From Takakia lepidozioides (lineage: Eukaryota; Plantae; Bryophyta): 64,000 nucleotides of DNA. The notes beneath the pieces were generated by a model. It was not told where the DNA came from and did no database searches. It saw nothing but the letters and a program-made list of their open reading frames with translations. The stretch spans positions 70,122,001 to 70,186,000 of the forward strand of contig CM060731.1 of NCBI GenBank assembly GCA_030704615.1. The letters run 5' to 3'. Of this stretch, positions 13,522 to 24,375 are shown piece by piece; the first letter of the stretch is position 1, and each line of letters opens with the position of its first letter. A program made the translations under genes and the position numbers.

Positions 13522-14334
13522 CTGTCTGTCGAAAAACTGCACAGCAAAGATCAAAACCTCACTCATAGTAGACCGGCTCTTCCATCGTCATGACCCTGCA
13601 CCCAATTTGAACAGTCTGGACAGGGTACAAGAATGCACAGGTATATTTTCATACCCAGCAGCCTTTACGTTTGGTCGTTGTTCAAGAATGACTGTATAAA
13701 CCCAGAAAGACAAGACTTACAAGTAGTTAATAGTCCTTTCTGAAGCCAAGAGATGAAGGGGGGATCCCTGCAACCTTACGAGTGTGGCTATCACAGACCT
13801 ATATTCACATGCTGTGCTCCACTAATGAAAAAACCAGGGCAAACCCTGAAATGTGCCCCTGCCTGTTCAAACCGCCAGCCTTGCTTTGCTGCTAATCGGC
13901 CGTAGTAGTGAATTTCAACCTGCACGCACAGCTCCCATCTGCTCAAACACAGACCTTTCTATGCTCGCAAATCAAATTGAGACCATCGCATGAACGGTGA
14001 ACCCACCCTGTCTTCCGACTTGGGGCGGCGCCCATGCCTTCTCTGATGTCCAAAACTTTCACCCCTCCCGACGCTTCCAGCTCAAAGAAGCTTCTCCTTC
14101 CCTCTTCTGCGACATCTTCGCCAGCCAGCAGGAATCCTAGCGCTATACCCATTCCCCCCACTCCCCGCACAGCCTGAACAGCTGCTTCCCTTCTGGACAC
14201 AAGCTCTCCATCTGTTGTTTCCCACCCCACTTCGCATTGGGATTCTGCCCTTGCAGAGTTTCGGAATGAGTAACCGTAAACGGAGAAAAGGAGGACAACT
14301 GTGATAGCGACAAGGGAAGGAGGCGGGAGAGCAT
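13522..14334 (-). pseudogene. FKBP17-1: Thylakoid-lumen FKBP17-1-like peptidyl-prolyl isomerase, frameshifted remnant
   Basis: Transit-like MLSRLLPLSLSQLSS, twin-Arg VSRREAA, GVKVLDIREGMG, an exon reading VEIHYYGRLAAKQGWRF (~13919-13868) and micro-exon FFDRQ (13536-13522). Frameshifts are present and middle exons are missing. Confidence 0.8.
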
Positions 14335-16566
14335 CTTTACAGCCCCGGCAGTCTGTCTATACAATTCCTTCCAGAGCCAAAGACTTCGGAGCATTGCTTG
14401 TTCAGTCGCATCTTCACTTCCTTGGTCTGGTCTAAGGTTTGGTTTTTCTACACAGCTTGGAAGTCGGAAGATAGTGAATTGCAATGATATGCTAATTCAC
14501 CTCCTCAATCTGAAATCAAGGAGTATTTGGCTGTCGTGCCCTCTCACCCTGTATGGTATTGCCTCAGAGCTCTCTCCCTTGGGCACATATTGAAAATGCA
14601 AATCTGAGAGACTGTCTTTCCAATGCTTTGCATTGCCAATTACAGAATGCAAAAAAGGTGGGGTTCTTCCGAATGAATATTATCTGATGCAGGAGAGGTA
14701 CCAACTGCGAATTCAAGTCTCACAATCTCCCTGAATGCTGGGCTGCAGCTAATTCCTGGATGTCTCCGATTGATCTTGATAACTGGTGACACAGGAAAAA
14801 TCAGAGTTCTATAGTGAAGGCCCATCTCAACTTCAAGCTGCTTCGCCGCAAAAAATAGACAGTTTTTTAGTTAGGCCTTGGAGATTCTAGTCAGCTGGCT
14901 GTATTCTCTTAGTGCTTTAGCTCTTGGCCGAGTCTTTGCAGTATTCTCCTCTCTCCCCTCTGTAGGGTTTCCAGTTAGATTCACTTTGGTTTCCTTGCTG
15001 GTCTCCCCGCAGGTTTGTTTTTTTCGAGTTTCATGGCTAGTTAACGTTGTGAGGAACAGAAAGATTCTTCCAGCTCTCAGTTAGCCCTATCTATTAACAG
15101 GGTTAGAACATAATTGGAGAAGGGGACTAGCTCAAGGGAGATGCTTACCATATGTGGGTGGTGTCTCGCATGACGAGAGTAGTTCAGCACTGAGAGGGTG
15201 AGGTGTAGGTCAGGCTCCACATGGCCGTGAGAGCTACTGTCCTCGTCCCCATGCCCAATAGCATGCTCATTGCCAATATACTGCAGAGAGGTTGCTTAGA
15301 CTTTGATTATCCGCTTTACTAGCACCAAACCTGTACCACAACATTTGCATAGTATGGCTGATCACCCACTGGTTTAAAAGTGTTTGGATGGGAATTCACA
15401 GACAGTCCATTTCTTTTCAAATTCTTGCCTCCCTTGCAAGGATGTCATCACATTAAAAAACAACAACCACTTGCACTGTGGGCTGAGCCCAGTTGGTCTC
15501 CACATACCCTCTGCAAACTGTGATTTAGCACCCCCCTGCGCAAACTACAAAGTATTAGTGCTGCCATCCTATGCACAGCCTTCCCCCTGGTCATGAATCC
15601 ACATGACTACCCCAGGAATGGCACTAAACAATCACAGTACTGACACCTTAACCTTCTCTAAGATGGAGACTGAAGGAAGCGTGCCTTGAAGCGTTGCAAA
15701 TTGCACATCGAGACTGTGCCACTGCCACAGACAAGAACAGCTAAGGTCAAAAACCAAACGATTCCATGTATTTGCAACTAAGGGATTCCTATCTTAACAG
15801 ACTTCTATGCATTCACTTTCATAAACACACACTAAAGCAAAGCCGTCAAATGCGACTGGAGAGTTGCTGCAAAATACCCTGCAACAAATTGATTCAAGAG
15901 ATGTCTGCAGCCATGGGTCTCCTGGATGCCATGTTACCTTCTTTCTTTCTCGGTACTTCCTTTTGCCTCCTAGACGTCCACTGGGCCACCTGTTGGCATA
16001 GTGATATACTTTTCTTCTGAGTCGGCATCTACCTGAATGCCAACCCTTATGTCAACACTCAATCTCTTGTAAACAGGTAGCTGTTGGCTGTGCACAATCA
16101 GTATGGCGAATGTCAGTCACAGAGATACACTCGTGGGATAGCATTTGTACCCTATGGGGTGGGGTGAAGGGTAGATCATGCAAACAGTTACAGAGATTGG
16201 TCACCAAGGACACCTCCAGGGTGTAACACACACTTAATAGGCCAGGGTAGTACGTAGGAACACACGATGTGAGACCTGCCCTGTGCAACCCCACCCTCAC
16301 CACTCCCTTACCGTTCTTTTACTTATATTTACCTATGAAGCTCTACACAATGAACAAAGCTTGCTGAATAGTCGACCCAGATGCCCAATTGTAGAAATGC
16401 AACCACTCAATGGCAATGCAGGAGAATCACTGCAGTTATTTATTCTCAATGTACTCACCATTCTTTCAAACATGCGACTTCTTTCAATCTCTCCCTCACT
16501 CACCCCCGATGGGGGAAAGTAGCCGCAAGGTGAAGTGGCTCTTAATTACGCCGGCCTTGGCCAGAG

Positions 16567-16568
<2 letters not shown>

Positions 16569-16598
<30 letters not shown>
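16569..16598 (+). repeat. (CT)n microsatellite at the 5' boundary of the LINE
   Basis: Perfect CT run seen directly. Confidence 0.95.
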
Positions 16599-16599
<1 letters not shown>

Positions 16600-19500
16600 G
16601 GGTTTCATGTGTAGTTTTTGGGGTGAATCCCAGGATGGACGATGTGTCCTTTAAAACTACATGCTCTACCTTAGGCTTGGATTTCATGGCTAATGGTACC
16701 ATCTCGAGACTTGATAACAGGGGTACGTTGAAGGTTGCAATGACCAAAAGTGCTTCTAATAGAGTCCCGCATCAATTCAATCTCAAAGAAGTTCGTCCCT
16801 TGACTGGCTGGAGAGCGGTCTTAGACATTGGTGATTCAATGGGGCGCTCTAAGACAACCAAGGGCAACAACTTCAACTTGAGAGTTTCTAATCGGTTTGA
16901 TGCTCTGGATGAGGTTGAATCCAAACAGCCAGAAGGACAAGATGCCCCTAAGTGTACGGAACCTGAACGTCCTGAATCTGAAGGATTTGGTACTCTGAAT
17001 GGTTTACCAATCCTCAAGGTTTACACAAGACAAACAAATTCTATACATGGGGTAATTGTCCCCAAGCCGTCAGATGGACAATCTGTCCCTAAGTGTGCAG
17101 AGCCTGAACGTCGTGTAACTGAAGGATTTGGTACTCTAAATGGTTTACCAATCCTCAAAGTCTACACAAGACGAGCAAAATCTATACACGGGGTAATTGT
17201 CCCCAAGCAGTCTGACGGACAATCTGCCCCTATGTGTGCGGAGCCTGTGCGTCGTGTAACTGAAAGATTTGGTACCCTGAATGGTTTACCAATTCTCAAA
17301 GTTTACACAAGACGAGCAAAATCTACACACGGGGTAACTGTCCCCCCTTTGCAGAACGGTTGGCCGTCCAGGAGCAATCACAAGCTACCTAGACGACAAA
17401 CAATTCACACGCAAAGGGCTGGCTTGCGGCTGGCCACTTTCAACTTCTCAGGGTTGACCAACCAAAGGAAACAACTTGAAGTGGGACAAGTTCTTCGGAC
17501 TAATGATATTCATATCTGTGCTGGGCAAGAAACATGGGAAACGTCGGATAAACTGGTTGGAGATGTCATTGGTTATAAATGGGCAGGTAAGATGTGTACT
17601 CTCAAGGCAGCCTCTGCCAAACGCGGTCAAAAAGGGGTCGGATTCTTTGTCCGTGATTTCTTGTTTGACAATTGTGAAATTATCAACAAGGGTTTGAGGT
17701 ATGAGCATAGTATCTGGCTAAAACTGAATTTGAAGTGCGGCATGAGTACAAAGGACCTCTTTGTTGGTTGTGTTTACATGCCCACAGAGGGGACCCTTAG
17801 TGCTGACGCAGACAAGGCCTTCGAAGATGTAAAGCTGGACTGTGCTTCGTTCCTTGCCAAAGGTCAGGTGGTACTATTGGGGGACTTCAATGCCCGGGTG
17901 GGCAAAGGGATCCATCAGGACGATATCATTGGACCTTTTGGTGAGGACGAGCTGAATTCTAATGGCAGACGGTTAATTAACTGTCTAGAAGAGCTTCAGC
18001 TTTTGACCTTGAATAACAGGACAAGAGGTGACCAAGTGCAGTGGACTCGTGAGAAACCCCAAACTGGGGAACGTTCCATTGTGGACTATATCATAATGGA
18101 CAAAATTTTGTTCCCCCAGTGTGCCAATGTGTTGATCGACAGAACTGATATTGGTACCTCTGATCACTTCCTGGTTTGGACTGAGATCAAAAGGTGTTTT
18201 CCCACCACGAAGAGATCTGTGAAACGTTCGATTCGGAAGTGGCGCATAGAAAAATTCCACAATGAGGAGGTCAAGGTTGAGTACGTCCAGGCCTTGCAAG
18301 AGGCTCTCCCTCATTTTGTCCAATCGCTCCAAGAACTTCAGTCGCGCTCTGTTAACGCAAGAAATGAAGTCGAAAGAGCAGTGGACTCTTGGGAGAGTTT
18401 CGTTTCCTCCGTGGCTGACAAGATCATTGGGAGGAAACTAATTGTCTGCGGTAGAGCAGTTAATTGGAGGACTAATGAGATTCAACTCAAGATAGCTGAG
18501 AGACGAGCCCTCTATAAAGAGTGCTGCAATTTGGAAACCAACAGAGAATTGTGGGCGAGGTACTACCAGCTCCGTAAAGATATCAATCAGCTTGTTAGGT
18601 CTCAGAAGAAATTATACTGGGACAAGTTATACAGTGAAATAAACTCAAACCACCATGGTGGTAATGACAAGAAATTCTGGTTGGCCCTTCAACGTTTGTA
18701 CAAGCCGAAAAACGGTCAGCAAGTACAAGCGCTGAAGACTACTAAAGGTGCAGTGGTGACTTCATCAATTGACATTGTCAAAACCTTTGAAACTCACTAC
18801 AGTATCCTTGGCAGAACTTCTAGGTCTAACAGTGAGGGGTCTTCTGCTGAATGGAGGGACACAGTTGGAAAAACTGTTCCTATGATTCAAAACAGCCCTG
18901 ATGAACTGGAGTATATTTCAATGGCTTATAATGCTCCCATTAGTTCTTCTGAGATTGTGGAAGCAATTGAACATTTAAATGGATATAAAGCTGGTGGACC
19001 TGATGGTATTGTCAACGAGCTATCAAGCACGGTGGCGATCCCATGATAGAGGCCCTAGTTTTCCTCTTTAACCTTATCTGGAAGACTGAAATGATCCCCT
19101 TTCACTGGCGACAGGGGGTCATTGTCAATCTATACAAGAAGGGTGACAGAGAAGAACCGGGGAACTACTGTGGCATCACGCTCCTCAATGCTGTTGGCAA
19201 GACATTCTGCAGAGTTATAAGTACTCGTCTCGAGGTTGATCTGGAGTCTAGAGGTTGTTTCCACGAAGGCCAAGCTGGCTTTCGGCGAAACAGGGGCTGT
19301 GTGGATCATATCTTACTCTCTCCCCTCTGCTCTTCAATGTTTTCATCAATCAACTCCTCGAGGATGTGGAAAGTGAGGGATTTGAGTTAAGGGTGGGTGA
19401 TACCACCATACCAGCCCTTATGTTTGCGGATGACTTCGCAGGCATAGGGGAGACTCCAACCAATCTCCAGGAGTTGATTGATTGCGCGAAGAGATACTTT

Positions 19501-20786
19501 GATCTTTGGGGGCTAGAGGCTAATGTCAGCAAATGTGCAGTGGTAGCATTCAACGACAGAGGAGAGGGAGGAAGTGATCTTAAGTGGCAGTGGGGTAGCC
19601 AAGAGATCCCGGTCCTCCCTTCCTACACTTACCTGGGCGTTGAGTTCTCCTCCAATTGTAATTGGGATGCACATATCCGGAAAGTTGTTCAAACTGGCAA
19701 GGGCAAAGCTCTGGGGCTCACTAAATTTTTCCACTGCAGAGGGGTCAACTCTGAGGTTAAGAAAACCATGCTTTGTCGCGTTATTAGACCTGCCTTGGAG
19801 TACGGATCTGCTATATGGGTTGATAACTCCAACCAAGCTAAGTCTCTAGAATCCATTCAAGTGGGGGTGCTTAAGGAGTGTATGTCAGCATGCTCCAAAA
19901 CAGCCAATGTGGCTGTTCGGGGTGAGTTTGGCATTCCGTCCCTAAGCTCCCGACGAGATGAATTCAAGGTCAGATGGTGGGGTCAGCTGCAACATATGCC
20001 CAACACCAGATATCCTAAGTTAATCGACTCTATATCTTGGAAACAGGACCGCCCTGTCAAACAGGCTAAGTCCTGGCAGAAGAGAGTAGAAGAGATTCTC
20101 AAGGACCTGGACCTGGATCCGCAAGTCTTGACCCTGCTGGATAAATCTGACTTAGAGGCTGTCGTGTCCTCAGCCATGTCTGTTGCCATGAGATTGTCTG
20201 ATGAAAATGAAGTTAGGCAGAAAACTTCCCTGAACTTGTTTCCAGTCTGTGACATGGGGGAGGACATCTTGGATGACCTCAAGGGTCTACCCACTCTCGG
20301 CACTAGACTGAAATTTAAACTCAGGGCAGGAAGCCTACCTTTGAACAGCAAACAGAAGCAGAGAGGAAAGGGAGAGTGCAATTGCCCGTTGTGTGGGCAA
20401 TCTGAAGACAGTATTCAATCTCTGATACACTGTCCGGGGTTCTCTCACCAAAGAGACGCTCTCTTCAAATCTATTAAGGGAATTGTGCCTGTACCCCTGT
20501 TTACCAACTTTGAAAGTCTCGAGGCTGAGCCAAAAGCCCAGGCCCTCCTGAGGCCTAGTTTTTGGGCAAATCACACACAGCAGATTGATGCTTGTGAGAA
20601 GGGATTTCTAGAGGATATCTGGGAAACCCGGATTAATTCTTTATATGGAGGTAAGTCTTCCTACCAACGTCAGCCCCTGACAGAGGTAGTCTGTCCCTTT
20701 TGTTCCCGCTCAAACTGGGCGCGGGGTCAATGGCCACAAGGCTACGGCAAACAACGTCTTATGAGTACAATCTCTCTCTCTCTCTC
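16599..20786 (+). mobile_element. Near full-length single-ORF APE-type LINE (RTE/RTEX-like); endonuclease-RT-CCHC; inactive
   Basis: APE motifs LATFN, CAGQETW, LLGDFNARVG, SIVDYII and SDH. RT motifs QAGFR and MFADDF, plus YTYLG. C-terminal KLRAGSLPL..CPLC..HCP. Frameshift near 19021 and a ~250-bp deletion near 19315. Ends TTATGAGTACAA(TC)n. Confidence 0.9.
16935..17346 (+). repeat. Three in-frame 141-bp (47-aa) tandem repeats in the LINE N-terminus
   Basis: GQ(D/S)(A/V)P(K/M)C.EP.R...E.FGTLNGLPILKVYTR...S.HGV.VP occurs three times. Confidence 0.9.
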
Positions 20787-20797
20787 ACCTACCTTCT

Positions 20798-23700
20798 AGA
20801 ACTTCTAGGTCTAACAGTGAGGGGTCTTCTGCTGAATGGAGGGACACAGTTGGAAAAACTGTTCCTATGATTCAAAACAGCCCTGATGAACTGGAGTATA
20901 TTTCAATGGCTTATAATGCTCCCATTAGTTCTTCTGAGATTGTGGAAGCAATTGAACATTTAAATGGATATAAAGCTGGTGGACCTGATGGTATTGTCAA
21001 CGAGCTATCAAGCACGGTGGCGATCCCATGATAGAGGCCCTAGTTTTCCTCTTTAACCTTATCTGGAAGACTGAAATGATCCCCTTTCACTGGCGACAGG
21101 GGGTCATTGTCAATCTATACAAGAAGGGTGACAGAGAAGAACCGGGGAACTACTGTGGCATCACGCTCCTCAATGCTGTTGGCAAGACATTCTGCAGAGT
21201 TATAAGTACTCGTCTCGAGGTTGATCTGGAGTCTAGAGGTTGTTTCCACGAAGGCCAAGCTGGCTTTCGGCGAAACAGGGGCTGTGTGGATCATATCTTC
21301 ACTCTAAGCCAGATTATCCAGGGAAGGAAAAAAGAAGGGAAACCCACTTATGTCTTTTTCCTGGATGTCAAAAAGGCTTATGACACAGTGTGGAGAGAGG
21401 GCCTATGGTTCCGCCTCTGGTCTTGTGGGATCAAGGGAAAGATGTGGAGAGTTGTCCACAACTTGTATGCTCACACCAAAAGCTTTGTCACTGTTAACGG
21501 ACAGAAGTCCAACTTCTTTGACATAGACCAAGGTGTAGCTCAAGGATGTACTCTCTCCCCTCTGCTCTTCAATGTTTTCATCAATCAACTCCTCGAGGAT
21601 GTGGAAAGTGAGGGATTTGAGTTAAGGGTGGGTGATACCACCATACCAGCCCTTGTGTTTGCGGATGACTTCGCAGGCATAGGGGAGACTCCAACCAATC
21701 TCCAGGAGTTGATTGAGCGCGAAGAGATACTTTGATCTTTGGGGGCTAGAGGCTAATGTCAGCAAATGTGCAGTGGTAGCATTCAACGACAGAGGAGAGG
21801 GAGGAAGTGATCTTAAGTGGCAGTGGGGTAGCCAAGAGATCCCGGTCCTCCCTTCCTACACTTACCTGGGCGTTGAGTTCTCCTCCAATTGTAATTGGGA
21901 TGCACATATCCGGAAAGTTGTTCAAACTGGCAAGGGCAAAGCTCTGGGGCTCACTAAATTTTTCCACTGCAGAGGGGTCAACTCTGAGGTTAAGAAAACC
22001 ATGCTTTGTCGCGTTATTAGACCTGCCTTGGAGTACGGATCTGCTATATGGGTTGATAACTCCAACCAAGCTAAGTCTCTAGAATCCATTCAAGTGGGGG
22101 TGCTTAAGGAGTGTATGTCAGCATGCTCCAAAACAGCCAATGTGGCTGTTCGGGGTGAGTTTGGCATTCCGTCCCTAAGCTCCCGACGAGATGAATTCAA
22201 GGTCAGATGGTGGGGTCAGCTGCAACATATGCCCAACACCAGATATCCTAAGTTAATCGACTCTATATCTTGGCAACAGGACCGCCCTGTCAAACAGGCT
22301 AAGTCCTGGCAGAAGAGAGTAGAAGAGATTCTCAAGGACCTGGACCTGGATCCGCAAGTCTTGACCCTGCTGGATAAATCTGACTTAGAGGCTGTCGTGT
22401 CCTCAGCCATGTCTGTTGCCATGAGATTGTCTGATGAAAATGAAGTTAGGCAGAAAACTTCCCTGAACTTGTTTCCAGTCTGTGACATGGGGGAGGACAT
22501 CTTGGATGACCTCAAGGGTCTACCCACTCTCGGCACTAGACTGAAATTTAAACTCAGGGCAGGAAGCCTACCTTTGAACAGCAAACAGAAGCAGAGAGGA
22601 AAGGGAGAGTGCAATTGCCCGTTGTGTGGGCAATCTGAAGACAGTATTCAATCTCTGATACACTGTCCGGGGTTCTCTCACCAAAGAGACGCTCTCTTCA
22701 AATCTATTAAGGGAATTGTGCCTGTACCCCTGTTTACCAACTTTGAAAGTCTCGAGGCTGAGCCAAAAGCCCAGGCCCTCCTGAGGCCTAGTTTTTGGGC
22801 AAATCACACACAGCAGATTGATGCTTGTGTGAAGGGATTTCTAGAGGATATTTGGAAACCCCGGATTAATTCTTTATATGGAGGTAAGTCTTACTACCAA
22901 CGTCAGCCCCTGACAGAGGTAGGTTCTGTCCCTTTTGTTCCCGCTCAAACTGGGCGCGGGGTCAATGGCCACAAGGCTACGGCAAACAACGTCTTATGAG
23001 TACAATCTCTCACCTACCTTTGAACAGCAAGCAGAAGCAGAGAGGAAAGGGAGAGTGCAATTGCCCGTTGTGTGGGCAATCTGAAGACAGTATTCATTTT
23101 CTGATATACTGTCCGGGGTTCTCTCACCAAAGAGACGCTCTCTTCAACTCTATCAAGGGAATTGTGCCTGTACCCCTATTTAGCAACTTTGAAAGTCTCG
23201 AGGCTGAGCCAAAAGCCCAGGCCCTCCTGAGGCCTAGTTTTTGGGCAAGTCACACACAGCAGATTGATGCTTGTGTGAAGGGATTTCTAGAGGATATCTT
23301 GCATATGTTACGATTTTTCGCAATGTCGGAAAGGGCTGCCTTGTTTGTAGAACATGTATACACAGTTCTTAAATCTGGACAAGCAGGCGATGTCTCGTTA
23401 TGAAAGGTATTTTTTTTTTTTTCATCGGGTTTGGTTTACGAGCCTCTAAAATTGTGTGCTTCGACGCACACCACTTCTGCCCCCACCCCCAACATTGCCC
23501 CGGACAAATAAATAAATTTAAAAAAAAGAAAAAAAAAGTTTTTTTTTTCGTTCGCGGGCCTACCAAACATGGACAAGTGTCAGTATGAAAGCTTATTTTA
23601 TTTTTTCATGGCCTCTACAGAAGCATTGCGTAATGATGACCATTTGTTTTTTTTTCCACTTCTTCATACCCGGATTAATTCTATATATGAAGGTAAGTCT

Positions 23701-23811
23701 TACTACCAGCGTCAGCCCCTGACAGAGGTAGGTTCTGTCCCTTTTGTTCCCACTCAAACTGGGCGCGGGGTCAATGGCCACAAGGCTACGGCAAACAACA
23801 TCTTATGAGTA
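20798..23811 (+). mobile_element. Tandem second copy (20798-23003) and third 3' fragment (23012-23811, interrupted by a ~370-bp insert) of the same LINE
   Basis: Near-identical to 18813-20768. It retains the RT segment FFLDVKKAYDTV..GVAQGCTLSPLLF that is deleted in copy 1. 3' ends TTATGAGTAC at 23003 and 23811. Confidence 0.9.
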
Positions 23812-24375
23812 CGTCGTGATCGATGCCAGAAGATTTAATATAAGATGGCCTAACCCAACCTCTGCAGCATCACACACCAAAAAGGCATGTATGAGAAGAT
23901 GCATTACCAGGGGCTTCCTATAGTGTGTCATAGCAAACCAGTACTGAATGTCCAGAACCCTGGTCCATGGTTCACCTGCAGCATAGCAACAGGCCTGATT
24001 AACTGAACTGATCCACATAACTACGTCGCGGTATTTTTCTTGTGCCCAGTTCCTTTTCCATTGACAGTGAAGGGATGAAAATTTGGGAAAGAAGCAGCAT
24101 GAGGCAGGGACAGGCAGTATTGGGAAACGAAAGAATAGTGAATATGAGCTAAAGTAGCAGACCTATCGGTGGTCGCACATAATTGCAGGCATCTCGCAAC
24201 TTCAAGCTGAGTTTTCGTCCCTCTTGATGGGCAGATCTAACAGTTGGCAACATGCCATGGAGGAAGTGCCCTCAAATTTCATCATAGCCAACATTCCTAG
24301 GGAATGAACGAAGCAGTTGATAGGTTCAATGACTAAAGGCAAGACACGACACCTTAGAAGGAAAACATCGTTGCG

